Below are positions 25,972 through 39,644 of a stretch of DNA of 64,000 nt, piece after piece (position 1 is the stretch's first letter; each line of letters begins with the position of its first letter). The position numbers were made by a program, and so were the translations under genes. This DNA is from Octopus sinensis (Eukaryota). Below the pieces are notes generated by a model, which was given only the letters and a program-made list of their open reading frames with translations, was not told the DNA's origin and searched no databases. The DNA lies in the NCBI RefSeq assembly GCF_006345805.1, contig NC_042998.1, positions 177,692,001 to 177,756,000 of the forward strand, read 5' to 3'.

Positions 25972-26619
25972 TGCAAGCTGATTTAATTTCTGCCAACACT
26001 GACTTCAAGTATGTAATTTTAGCCAATAACCCAGGCTCCTTTTATTGAGCCTTGTCGCAGTTCATTTATTTTCATCCAACATCTGGCAGTTGATTTGGAG
26101 GTACCCTGTGTCAAACAATATCTTTCGTAGCAGACGCTCTCTTGACATCGTTCACACAAGCCTGATTCAGGCTCAGAAGTTACAGCCTGAGTTATTATCT
26201 ATAATCGTAAAAATCCAAATTCAATGTTTTCTTAAAACAAAAAATTTCTATAGAGATTAAGTTTTAAATTCCAATCTATAAAAAATTTCCATTCTACAAT
26301 ATCCTTAAAGGAACGAAAAATTACCCAGCAAGTTGGGCTAATATGAACGAGCATGATAGGTGTAAAAGACTAACTGGCATCTCTTGTCAAGAGTACAGTG
26401 TGTGCACTTCACTGTTGTTATTTGATTGCCATTATTCTGTGCGTCTGTGTGTAAAGAGCACTTGTGTTTTGGAGGGTTGCTTTATTTTTACCCTTAACTT
26501 AGAAATGGAGAAAGACATAGCGCTAGATATAAAAAAAAAAAGCCATCTGAGGTTAGAAGTATTACAGAAAAACATGAAATTCTTCAGCAGGCACATCAAC
26601 CCATTCATTGAAAACTCAA

Positions 26620-27009
26620 ACATTTCAGATAAAATGATATGAACAGATTGATTGGCTTTGTGCAAGTAGCGTCACAGAGAAACTCTACTGCTGGCCATAT
26701 TTGTTGTTTCAACCAAAAGCTAATCAGTCGTAGACAGATGGAGGCTATAATATTAAAAAAAAACATCCTGAGTGACTGTAAGCATCACAGTATATCAGTG
26801 AGTTATTTAAGTAGTTATAAAAGTTTGAAAACTTTCGGACTGTATGATACTGGGACAGCTATTAGTGAGTCTGCTAAACTGGAAAAACAACAGATTAACA
26901 AAGCAGCTGAGGAAAATAGACAATGTTTAAAGCAGTCAACAAATGCTGTATTATACTTGTGTAAACAAGAGTTGCCTTTACATGGACATGATAAAGGAAG
27001 TGACAGCCT
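26620..27009 (+). mobile_element. hAT (ZMYM1/DUF4371-like) transposase N-terminal fragment
   Basis: EENRQCLKQSTNAVLYLCKQELPLHGHDKGSDS resembles the L(G/C)KQxLAFRGHDE motif of this hAT group. Cut by an RTE 3' end. Confidence 0.75.
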
Positions 27010-28735
27010 TCATCATCATCATCATCATCGTTGTCGTTTAACGTCTGCTTTCCATGCTGGCATGGGTTGGATGGTTTCACTAAGGGCTGGTGAGCCAGAA
27101 GGCTGCACCAGGCTCCAGTCCAGTCTGGCAATGTTTCTACAGCTGGATGCCCTTCCTAATGCCAACAACTCTGAGTGTAGTGAGTGCTTTTTACGTGCCA
27201 ACAGCACAAGGGCCAGTTAGGTGGTACTGGCATTGGACATGCTCAAATGGTGCTTTTTATGTACCATAGGCACGGGACCAGTCAGCCGGCACTGGCATCG
27301 ACCATGCTTAAATGATGCTTTTTACGTGCTACCGGCACAGGTGCTAATCAGACAGTACTGTCATTGGCCACGGCAATGACTTCACTTGCCTCAACAGGTC
27401 TTCATAAGTGCAGTTTATTGCCCAATGATTGAAGGGTGTTCTTAAATGGGCTGGTTATGCTGCACTGGCACAGGACACGGTTATGGTCTCACTTGGCTTG
27501 CCAGGTTTTCTCAAGCACAGCATATCTTCAAAGGTATCAGACACTTGTCCTTGCCTTGGTGAGGCCCAAGGTTCGAAGGTTGTGCTTCACCAACTTGCCC
27601 CAGGTCTTCTTGGGTCTACCTCTTCCATAGGTTCCCGCTAGGGTGTGACACTTTTTCCCCCAGATGTCCTCATCGATACGCAACACATAACCATACCAGT
27701 GCAGTCGTCTCTCTTGCACACCACATCTGATGCTTTTTAGGTCCAACTTTTCTCTCAAAGTACTAACGCTTTGTCGAGTATGCACACTGACATTACACAT
27801 CCATCAGAGCATACTGGCTTCATTCCTTGCAAGCTTACGCATGCCCTCAGCAATCACGGCCCATGTTTCACTGCCATGTAGCATGGCTGTTTGTACACAT
27901 GCATCATACAATCTACCTTTTACTCTGAGCAAAAGGCCCTTTGTTACCAGCAGAGGTAAGAGCTCTCTGAACTTTGCCCAGGCTATTCTTATTCTAGCAG
28001 CTACACTTTCAGCGCACCCTCCCCCGCTACTGACTTGGTCACCTAGTTAACAGAAGCTATCAACTACTTCTAGTTTTTCTCCCCAGAATGTGGCGGAAGT
28101 TATTCTCTACACATTTTCAGTGTTTATTGCTCCTGAGCATCTGCCACATACAAAAACTATTTTCTCATTTAGCCTTCCTTTGATATTGCTGCACCTCTTA
28201 TTACACTGGGTACCTTTTATAGAGTTTCTACCTAGGCCTTTTCTACAGATCAAGCAGGGCCATCTACCAGAAGGGATTTTTGGTTTGCCTGCCTTCCTAC
28301 TTATTAGGACTTTGGTTTTAGCTAGGTTGACTCTAAGGCCTTTTGATTCTAATCCTTGTTTCCATACTTGAAACTTTTCTAGTTCTGATAGTGACTCAGC
28401 AATTAGAGAAAGGTCGTCAGCATAGAGGAGCTCCCAGGGACATCCTGTCTTGAATTCTTCCATTATTGGCCTGGAGTTCTATGATGAATAGGAGGGGGTA
28501 GAGGACTGAACCTTAGTGGACTCCTACCTCTACCCGGAATTCTTCACTGTACATGTTGCCAACCCTCACCTTACTGACAGCGTCCCTGTACATGGCTTGC
28601 ACAGCTCTCACTAACCATTCATCTATCTGTACTTTCCTGACCTGACTGACTATACTGGTGACTAGACTATAGCTGACACTGGCAGATATTTCAAGCATAT
28701 CTGCAGTGTTTCCTGATGGGCCAGGCGCTTTCCCT
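27010..28735 (-). mobile_element. RTE-clade LINE, same family as 14721-16970, with an intact 3' UTR and (GAT)n tail
   Basis: Minus-strand GKAPGPSG, WELLYADDL and RRLHWYGY. The nucleotide sequence closely matches the plus-strand copy. The tail appears as CATCATCAT on the + strand at 27010-27028. Confidence 0.92.
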
Positions 28736-29332
28736 CTTTTGCTCTGACACTTACTTCCTCTCTTCACTCCTACCCACCGTCTCCCTTCATCGTCACCCCT
28801 CCCTCATTACCCCACCCCTACACATTCCAACTCCACCATCCCATCCCCACCCCATTCTATAGACCCAACCCTTGCTTCCTCCACTCTTGCCTCTCACACA
28901 CACCACCATACCACACTACCCCGCACACACTAGCACAGACCACTTCCCAGCACCCACACCAGCGCACACATTAACACTGACACCATCATCCACACACCTA
29001 CACATGCACACACCAAGGTCACCAGCACTCTTCCACACGCACATACACGCTCTCACATACACATGCACCTTCATTTTGAGATCACCACTACTTTATTACC
29101 TCCCTTCCTTCCTAGCTCTCCTGTGTGACCCCTCTGTCCAGCATTTGCCATAATAGATTGCTAGCCACTAAAACTTTTTTCTATTTTCTCTCCCTGTTTA
29201 TTTCTGTGTTCCTTTCTGTCGAAGAGCAAAGGCTTGAAACAAAAGACTTTCTTGCTTCCTGAGTGGTAAACTAATACATCTGTTTGTTGTTTACACATTC
29301 ATCTTGTCTTTTGTTTTTTTGTAAATTCACAC
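28736..29332 (+). mobile_element. Pyrimidine/CA-rich element end with a hammerhead-like motif (Penelope-like 3' region)
   Basis: 29212-29245 reads CTTT-CTGTCGA-A-GAGC(AAAG)GCTT-GAAA-CA-AAAG. The downstream CCTGAG…AATA…TGTTGT layout parallels the 17420-17590 element. Ends at a TA tract. Confidence 0.45.
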
Positions 29333-29337
29333 TATAT

Positions 29338-29399
<62 letters not shown>

Positions 29400-29419
29400 A
29401 AGTCCTTGATTTTAAGGGT

Positions 29420-29600
29420 ATTGCAAAAGGCCTAGTTGGAGACCCAATCTTCAAAGTTCTTTTCCAGGGCTTACAAAAACTGAAGGGCTGCTGCAACATG
29501 TGTATGAATCTGAGAGGGAATATGTTGAATAATATAATTAACTTATCCTCCAGTATTTCCTTTTGCCCAATGTCAGGAACTTTTCAGCCTCACTTTGCAT
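29420..29600 (+). mobile_element. mariner 3' end remnant
   Basis: FFQGLQKLKGCCNMCMNLRG..YVE* resembles a mariner transposase C-terminus, followed by a TIR-like GGAACTTTTCAGCCTCAC. Confidence 0.55.
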
Positions 29601-31259
29601 GTGTTTGTATACAAACACACACACACAGTATACATACTAACAATAGAAGAATGCAGCATTCACTAAATGCTTATATATTATTTCCTTTCCACACCAACCC
29701 CTAAAATGGCTTACCCTAGCCAGAACTGACACTTCTTTATGGCAAAACAGAAATTTTTTATATGTACAACATCTGTGCTTTGTATTTGCTACTATTGATA
29801 AGTGGAAAATATAAACATGTTATGTATTTTCTATATTACTATAAAGTAATAAAACTTCTGTATTACTCCAGTAAATGGGTAATATTTTGTATCACAACTT
29901 ATTTTGTATCAGCAAAACATATCTAATCACCTATATCCCTTTTAGTTGATTACTTAACATTTGAAAAGGATATTTTCCAATTTTGCATGCAAGTGGGTAG
30001 GATAATTTTACAAATTCAGCTTTACAAATTTGTTATGTATTATCTGTTGTTGCAATGGCTCTCACAGCAGTGAACTCTCAAACAAACAAACCATTACTCC
30101 AAAGAAAATAATTGATTCTAAAGGAATTCTATAAAATCTATGCCACGGAAAAGGATATATTAGTGATTACAATAATGATAATATTATTACTGATTTAACT
30201 AATTAACAAATTTTAATAATTGCTAGATATAATACATCACCTATTTTGACTAACAATTCATTACTGAGATTCACAACAATATGAAAGAGTATTTAAGTTA
30301 GATGAAATAATACATCCATTATCATAAATTCATATAATCTATTTCCTGATAATCGAATGAACAGAACTTCATAATAATATCCTTCATTTGCAATTATATA
30401 ATATAATAGTTCACAATAGCAATAAAGTATGGTATTAAGACATTATATCCAAGTGAAGAAGGCAATTCTTCTAGTCACCATACTAACAGAAGGTAGTTCC
30501 ATAATGTAATAAGACTCTCTGTAAGCATCCCATTACAGAAGAGTGGGAGTTGGAGGGTTATAAGAATCAATTCAATCAGGAAATAACTGAAATAGTGAGG
30601 TAGATGTAAATTCAGTTAAGAGGAATGTGGCAAAGAATGCAAGTAATTTCATACTAATTTAATTCCTAATATGTTTGGGTGTATACAGGAATTAAATGAA
30701 AATGACATTTCAAAATCTCACAAAAATATTAAATCTGAATATGATATACATATGTAACAAACATGGAAACGTAAAATAAAATTCCTAAGCAAAAATGGTA
30801 CCAATTGGTGGTAGGGAAATTGCTCTTTGAGCAAAACTATTTTGAATATTCAAATTTTCACAGAATGTTAAAACACACACACAGTGTTTATAGAGATATG
30901 GAAAGTGAAAGAAAGAATGAGTTTTAAGAAAAAGGATCTATACTAATTCTGTCTAAATGGAATTATAATTCTACACAGAATTAAAAAATATAAAAGAGAA
31001 AGATGTGGATACTTCTCATTTAAAAAATAACTTTTCAAGGTAATATTGATTTTTGTTTGCTTTTTATTGATTTTTTTTTTTTTTTTATATTTCTAAATAT
31101 ATACCTGATTTGTAACTTGGCAAAATTTAGGCAACTTAGCTAAAGATCAATATATAAATATGAATGATAACAAACAGCAAAGGATTAATAAAGCCCGTGA
31201 TATCTATAAAATGCACTGGTAATTTTTTTTTTTTCACAATAAAACAACTGTAATATTAG

Positions 31260-31456
31260 TTTCAATTTTGGCAGACAGCTAGTAATTTCAATTGGTACTT
31301 ATTTTATCGACCCCAATTAGTACTTATTTTATTGACCCTAAAATGATGAAAGCCAATGCTGGCCTCAACAGAATTTGAACTCAGAACATAAAGAGAGACG
31401 AAATACTGCAAAGCATTTTGCCCACAATGCAAACAATTCTACCAGCTTGTAGCCAT
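31260..31456 (-). mobile_element. tRNA-derived SINE with a Deu/Nin-like central motif, degenerate
   Basis: Minus strand AGCTGGTAGAATTG…GAGTTCAAATTC…GGGTCAATAAAATAAGTAC. Related copies at ~42270-42390 and 52795-53005. Confidence 0.6.
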
Positions 31457-32217
31457 ATAGCAACTGCAGTACTGATAAGATGTCATTGGGGATTTATGAA
31501 TTAACCCTAACCCTAACTATAGCCCACAATTGACAATTATAATGTATACAGAATATATTCAACTTATGTATCACTCACTATAATACAATACACTGCTATT
31601 AATACCACCAGATGTTGGACATTATCTAAAGATTAAATTCGATATATTAAAGATCAGTGCTAACAATAAAAGATGTTCTAAAAAGACTTTTTTACAATCA
31701 ATCTGAATTGTACACAAGGCCAGCTGGTACCTATAAAGAAAACTGAGATAGTAAAGATTTTGATTTAAAATGGTCAAGTATTTGTAATTCACTAAATGTT
31801 TTTCTAGGTTTCACAAAATAAGATTTGTCTTCACTTAGCTTTAACATTGAAGCTTAGTACTCATTCAAATCTGATGGTTGTCTCCAGAGTTAGAGGTATG
31901 AATGATAGTAGAATGAAAGACAGAGGCATGAATGATAATGACAGTAATAAGAGAGGATTATGATAGATGAATGAGGGGTGTACAGTATTCTAGTGTATGT
32001 TTATATATTTTACAGTAATGTAGTTTAGAGGATAGAACGGTGCCAGAAAGCAATGTGACTCAGTAGATTGTACGATGACGAAGGACCACAATGCATGAGA
32101 GAGAAAGTATATTTTCATCAAACACAAGCCTTCAATACTCTTAAGTTTTATTTCATCTAAGAGTGCTTCAGCAAGCTTTTCAGAGATACAACAAAACAAA
32201 ACAAAGTAAAATAAGAA

Positions 32218-32390
32218 ATCATCATCATTTAACATCCAGTTTCCATGCTGGCATGGGTTGGACGGGTTGGCAAGCTTGAATGAGTTGGAAGATTGTGTCA
32301 TGCATCAATATCTACTTTGGCTTGGTTTCTATGGCTGGATGCCCTTCCAAACACCAACTGCTTCATACAGTGTATGAGTGCCTTTTTCGT
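32218..32390 (-). mobile_element. RTE-3'-tail-derived repeat
   Basis: Matches 27010-27195 (CATCATTTAAC…TTCCATGCTGGCATGGGTTGGA…GCTGGATGCCCTTCC). Confidence 0.75.
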
Positions 32391-35300
32391 TGTCTCAACA
32401 TAGCAATGATCACCTCATAACTAGTAACACTAAGGTCCTAAAGTGGATCCAATAAGTTGGGGAGAGCAGAAGAGAGAGTGGGCTAAAATGACTAAGTTAA
32501 TTCTAAAACGTGTCCCAACAGATATAACATTTATAGAATTTCTGCCAGACCATTTCTATGTATCACTGTTTCAATTTTGAATGCCTTCGTATATGAATTT
32601 TCCTTTTGAATACCAAAAACAGGATCAATAAAATAAACATCAGTACATTCCATTGACTATATCCCTCCTACCAACTAAAAATATATTTAGTTTAGTCAAG
32701 TGAATTATTTTTCTAGTTTTATACATAAAATACCTCAGTTGTTGAACATTTGCATATTGTTTTACAGTTGCAGCATATATACTGAAATAAAAATGAAAGC
32801 TGCTGCTGTGAGATATATACAGAGAATGAACTACAAAGGTTTGAACTTAGAACAACATAGCCAACCTTCCTATTACCATACTGCTGAAAATGGCATGAAA
32901 TTTCTATTGTTTAACTGAAAAATAAACCAGCTCTTCGGCTTTTACTGTGATGGAGCCAAATGTAGTAAATTTATCTATCTGGCATTGCTGTTCACTAATG
33001 ATCATTGTAATTGGCCAATATAATGAGACAGATATAGATTTCCTGCCAATCAACATAAATTTCCGTATTTTCCCTTTCTTTCTTTTCCAGTATTTTCCCA
33101 TGCTTCATGTAAATCAGTTCAACAACTGAATAAAAAGTAATTCTCTCATGAAATGCTCTATATTTTCCAGTGTGTCCATGTGTGTGTATGTAAATAAGAC
33201 ACTATTTATAGGACTGATTATTGTTATTTTTCTTTAGAGGTATTAATAAAATGTGTTAAATACTCTCAAAATAATAACTTCTTGTTTAAAACATTGAATT
33301 ATGTGTCAGATTTTCATAACATTAGTAAATCATTGGGTTGGAACCAGTTTCATTACTCAATACTAAAGGTGCAGGAGGAGGGGGAATTTAACTGAATGCC
33401 AGTTGTTTTACAATGAATACGTATATTTAAGAGAAATGTATTTATCTCAGTTATTAAAGATCAATATAAAAGTGAATTACATATAATAAACTTTTGCTAA
33501 ATTTACATCAATAATTTGGTAAAAGTGCAATCTAAGCACAGAGTTTCTCCCATCTTTTACTATATTACTATTTGAGATAAGAATATAATACTTGTCTAGT
33601 AAAGAAAATAATTACTTTTTGCCTTGGCACAATGCCTTTTTGAAACAAATTTTATTTCCATTCATGCTGGAGAGATGCAAAACAAAAACAACACCAGCAG
33701 GATTTTGAAGAGTGAAATAGAAACAGGAGGTGTTGAATAAAATAACATAAAGCATCTTACCAAGTTTAATGGAGAATTGCGCTATTTTGTTTTATTTGTA
33801 TTTATGTTAATTTTTTTCATTGTAGCATCAGTTAAATGAGTACATTACTATGGCATTGTTGTTTTACAGCTGGATGCCTTTCCTGTCACTAAACCTTTCC
33901 ACTTTTAAGTAAGGGATCTCTTATTCCACACATCTTCAAGTTCACCAATTTTCAGAAGTGTGAATGTAGATAAACACAAAGATAGTCATGCATGCACACA
34001 CACATATACACATATACACAATGGGCTTCTTTCAGTTACTGCTAATCAAATCCACTCTCAATACTTTGATTCGCTGAGAGCTATAGTAGGAGACATTTGC
34101 TTAAGACATCAGAGTAAGATTGAACTTAAAACCACATAGTTGGGAAGTGAACTTTTTAACCAATCTGTCATGCCCGTGTCTTTTAGCCTCATCAGTCATG
34201 AGCTGCAACTTTAAATATTTGCATATGAAACTAAGTGACAGTCCACTGAAAACACGATTTAGTATAAAAATGAAATCCTAAAGAAATAATGCTAGTATGT
34301 CATTAAATGTGGATCAATGATACCCATTAGGTCAAAATATGGCATAAATTTGTGATGGAAATTACTGAATGTAAATAGAAATTTCAAAATGAAGTAAGAT
34401 CAGCTTTTGACAAGCTTGAACCTGACAACACAAAACTAAAGCACAGAAAGATATTATACTGCAAATCCACCTCACCATAAAAGCATGAGAATTTGTACAC
34501 AAGTTATTCAATATCTGATTTTCCCTGCTAGCATAACTGGATGTTCTTCCTGTAACCAACCTTAAATGTTTTTTAAGTAAGGGAATTTTATTCCACTTAC
34601 CTTCAAATATCATTGCTTTGCTGAAGCAGTTTCATGCTAAAACCTTACTGAATGTAAACATTCTCAAAGACACAGATTCACGCGCGCACACTTTATTTCT
34701 GGATTAACACAGCTACTACAATTAAAAAATATTTATCCACCACTGCAGTGTTGAGCACTCATCCTCACTGCTGTGCGTGTGTGTGAGATGAGCTTCCATA
34801 CAGTTCCCATGTACTAATTCTATTGACGGGACACTGAACCTGATATCATGTGGTTGTGAAGCAAACTTCTTAACCACACACCTGTGTGTGTGTGTGTGTG
34901 TAAAAATTAGTGAGAAAATTATCTTATCCATTGTTAACAAGACAAATCCCCTCAGGATAAAATGCTGACCTAATAATTAATCCTCCAAATGGTATTTATT
35001 CTCAGGCATGGCAATGGTGGTGGCAGTGATTAGTTATGTAACTGTCTCATAAAGAGAGAATCACTAAAGAGTGAATTTTCCTATAGGGATTCAATGCAGA
35101 GGTATTCCAGTGAGATTTCGCCTGCCTTCCCTTGATCTACAGCAGGATGATTTAACCCAGTGTTACAAGTTCATTGAACTAACAATTATAGAATGATACT
35201 TAGAGTGACAAATGACAATTTTTCATAGTACCTATTTCATGAGTGGGGAAATTTGAATGTTAAGAGACTGGTGATATTTATCCCAATGCACTTGCAGCTA

Positions 35301-35662
35301 AATAGTAATAAGAAATATATATATCAAACAATTTACTTGGTTATGACTATATGCATGTAAAACTGTGTTGAATCTAGTGAGAAACAATAAATGCAGACAC
35401 TAATAGTACATAAAGACTTTCTATCAGCATATGACAAAACACTGGTATGGTTCCTAATCACTGTTGATTACTTAATACTAAGCAATTGGAAGAATATTGT
35501 AATAGGTTGCAAATCTTAAGAACTAATCAAAGCCTGAAGGCGAATGAGAGGGTCTGTGCATGTATAAAATATAGTTTAAAACATTATATATGTATTGAAT
35601 AAAAGATAAATTTGGTCAAGTTCAACTCTGAGCAACATTTGCCCTTATATAGATATATTACC

Positions 35663-36085
35663 ATCATTGTCAGTTCAATATTCACTTTCCCATGCTTGCA
35701 TAGGTCAAGTGGAATGTAGAGAGGAAGATTTTTGACAGTCACATGCCTTTCCTGTTACCAACCCTCTCACCTGTTTCCATGTAAGTTAATATTTCCCCCA
35801 TGGTAAGATATATTCTAGCAGAATACTGGAAATAAGTGACACTACTTGTATGACAGTGACACTCATTTTCAACTATCCCATGATGTCAAGATAAGGAGAC
35901 ACAAACAGATATATGCATAAATTCACACACACACAACAGGCTTCTTTCAGTTTCTATCTACCAAATCCATTCACAAAGCTTTGATTGGCCCAGAGTAATA
36001 GCAGAAGACACTTGCCCAAGGTGCCACACAGTGGGACTGAGCCCAGAACCATGTGATTTGGAAGCCAACTTATTACCATGCAACC
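35663..36085 (-). mobile_element. tRNA-headed SINE with an RTE-like 3' tail
   Basis: Head and core as in 16973-17135. The tail …ACCTATGCAAGCATGGGAAAGTG…ATGATG resembles the RTE 3' end. Confidence 0.7.
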
Positions 36086-39000
36086 AATAATAAACTAAAA
36101 ACAGAATGAGTGATCAGGTGAGGTCTAATGATGTTCAGTTTCACAGACATAATGAAACAGAATTCAGATGGTATATGTTAACCAGTTCAAATGTATGCCA
36201 GCATTGCAAAGTAGAAAAATGATAAAATGATGATTATTTTACATTTTCCAATGTTGGCATTAATAGCAAGCATTTTTACAATTGAATACTTTCACACTGA
36301 TAGAATAATATTTTATAATAGCTAAATGCCTTTTCAGTGGCCTACCACTTATCTTTGAAAGTAGTAGATCCTGCTGGCAGTTGGGAATGTTGAAGCAAAT
36401 ATAGTAAAGCATCTTATCCAGGAGTACAAACACCACAATGACTATAATACAATTTGGTCAAAAGCTTTTCATTTATTGATTAAAAAAAAAAAATAGGAAG
36501 GATTTCTTGTTACCATCTTGTAAATACAACCCTATCTGGTTCATTTTCCTTGCCTCGGTTTTAGCTTGCACACACGCGTGTGCATACACACACACACACC
36601 ATTTGTAGCCAGACTGGAAATGTATGCAAAAGTGATGATGATGTTTATTCTCTATTTTACATAACTTTTAATTCAAACAGTGCATGCATGTGCATTTATG
36701 CATGTCTGATGTTATTTTTACAAAAATATAACTGTCCACAATTACAAATATACTACATATATCTAAAAAGTCAAACCTAAAAATTGTTATTGATCATAGT
36801 AACAACATTTCCAATGATCTTGAAGAAATTGATCTGCATAATATATCATCTAAATTCAATAACCAGCATATGTCTAAATTTGAATGTATTCTAAACAAAT
36901 GACAAGTTTAAAACAAATCCTGTATAGCTTGCCCTATTGTAAGCGACTTGTTTAAGAATAACCTATCCAAAAATAGATATTTCCTAGGCTGTATGAAATC
37001 CATGATACAAACGAAGAGGTTGTGGTATTGTCCATGTCAACTATAAAGACTAATTACACAATTTAAACACAAAATTAATAACACTGAATATTAAGTGCAG
37101 TCAAATGCTTAAAAATTAATTCACTAAAGGGATTTTTTTTTATACACAGAAATTTTAATTCCCAGTCTAAAACAAGCTTTTTCAAATTCTTTTTAACATA
37201 CTCAAGGCTTATTTCTATATAGAGATATAGTCTTCTGAATGAAACCCAACATATATATAGGAAATTAATTTAATTTATGAAACCAGAGAGATGGAGGGTA
37301 AAGCAAACCTCTATTACATTTGAACTTGAAAACCAAAAATAAACTAAACATGGTGAAGCATTCCATTTCCTTTTCTATTATTTTGGCTGTTTTCTATTTA
37401 AAGTTCTCTACAGAATGCAAGAAGCAACCAATTAACATAATCTAATTATATAACTGTTATCTATTAAACTTGGGTGGATGAAAGACAAAGTTGACTCTGC
37501 TCTTTGAACTATGAGTCAGTACAGATAAACATAAAACTAAGCTTTCAGTTACATCATTTCATCTCAAACATTAATTTCTAAAGTGATTTGATCACTGTGG
37601 AGAAATCTAAACATTTCTGAAACTTGCAGTATGCTTCACAAAGCTGTAATTTGAACAGAGAAGTTTAGATACCATGTTATCCATATCTATAGTTTAAGTC
37701 AATAAAAATCAGACACATAGAAATGTTGTAAAACAACATAACTCTAAGATGATATCTTAAATTAACACAATTCCTAGAATAATGTTGAGACAGCTAGATG
37801 CATGCATCAAGCTATCATTAATAGAAAGTATATTTAACTGAATGAATGTAGAAATCTACCTGAATCTTTTAATATCATTCAGGAATATATATACTCACTA
37901 AACATAAAATTCACTGAAATTACTGTTAACGCTCTAAGCTTCTTTAAATGGAAAACAAGAGTATGAAGAAAAAAAAAAAGGCTTAATGTGATAGAGTGTT
38001 TTTACATTCACACATGCACACATATTTCAAAATGAAAAACAAAAGACACTTGAAAAACCTTGTAAAACCAGCTAGCAAGCCACATAACATCGTTTGGGGA
38101 CAGTGGGGAATAGCTACACTGAGAAATAGGGAAATCCCTTGAGTTGATTGCTGAGGTTAAGCTTGTAAATGTTGAAAAACACCAAGTAGTATGAAGTGAC
38201 ATTTAAGTAACTGACAGCTTAACTAGTCTGTTCATTTGTTGCTCTGTACTTCTGCAGGGCATGTTATGAATGACTCAGCTCAGTGCCAAAAACAAGCTTA
38301 ACTGAGAAAAAAAAATTAAAACAAAAAACAATTTGATGATAGGTCACCTTATTCTCTCAACTTAACAATCAGGTAGGAACAACCAACAATTGAAGCCTTA
38401 AAAAGCGAGATCGACATCATATGATGTACAAATACTACTACTACTGCTATTAGATTTCATATGCTTATATATTTTGGACAACTGTCAAATGAGAATAAAA
38501 ATAAAATGGATAAGTAGTTAATCTTTTAAAGCAATACTAACAATAATAATTTAGTAAACTTACAAATGCAATTAAGACTTGAAAGAGCCTTGGACTTGTA
38601 GATTGTACTGTTAGCTTACATTGCTGAGAAGCTGAAAAACAAAACTTTTCTGCGAATGCTATTTTGCATTAGCTGACAAACTAATCAAGTAACTGATCAG
38701 CAGCAAGTGGTAAAACAGGAAGTATGACTATGTTAAAGGATTGGTATAAAGAATTTACACAATCCAAGATAAAAATTAATGATAAATATACAGCTTGAGT
38801 TGGTGCCTCTCTACTACTGCATAATTTTATAACCCAAGTTTCTTTAATCTTGAAAGATAATTATATTATTTATTTTATTTGCTTAATAAGATTTTTATTC
38901 ATTTTTCTCAATTTCTTCAACAAATTTTAAAGAAAACTTTACCTATAATTATAATTATTAAATGTACAAGAAATGTTGGGCACAATTCATCAGAGCACGA

Positions 39001-39159
39001 AAAATATTGAAATCAAGTGGGGGGGGGGCAGTTGTGAATCCTTTATTCCAGTTTTCTCCTTAATGAATCCTCATCAAGTCCCTCCCAGCCTCATTTTACC
39101 TAAATGAAATTAATTTAAATTTTTTATTTTACAAATATACTGTCCCACTCTCAAAGGAT

Positions 39160-39460
39160 ATTTGTCTTGCAAGTTACTTAGTGACCTTTCCACATAAAAA
39201 GCACCCAATCCACTCTGTAAAGTGGTTGGCATTTAGAAGGGCATCCATACCACATATCTTGGTGGTGTTGATGCCACATAAAGAGGAACCTGTTCACTCT
39301 GTAAAATGGTTGGTGTTAAGAAGGACATCCAGCCATGAAAACTATGCCAAAGCAGAGTAGAAATTGGCACAGTCCTCTGACTTACTAGTTCCTGTCATAA
39401 TCTAACCCATACCAACATGAAGGATGACTGTTAAATGATAATGATGATGATTAATGATGA
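39160..39460 (+). mobile_element. RTE-3'-tail-derived repeat with an internal duplication
   Basis: AAAAAGCACCCA…TGGTTGGCATT.GAAGGGCATCC occurs twice, and it ends in a TGATGA tail. Confidence 0.65.
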
Positions 39461-39644
39461 TATTTGTTCAATAGTTTCTGACATTATCATAAGACAATAA
39501 AACAACTTCTCAATATTAACTACTAGCACTCATAAGGACAATAAATATATAATTAAAAAAATAAAAAAAATAAAAATTATTAAAAAATTTTCGTTCAATA
39601 GTCTTGATAATTTTAATTTATATTTTATTGTTATTATCATTTAA

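Noticed and set aside
26639-27220. 193-aa ORF with a poly-His run
   Set aside because: A chance read-through from a hAT fragment into the antisense (CAT)n tail of an RTE, not a gene.
31501-31518. TAACCCTAACCCTAAC telomere-like motif
   Set aside because: Only about two and a half units, too short to call an interstitial telomeric array.
34595-34613. ATG ATA TTT GAA G|GTAAGT: perfect phase-1 donor on the minus strand
   Set aside because: It lies in or at the edge of a degenerate repeat homologous to ~33870-33945. One perfect donor in 43 kb is expected by chance.
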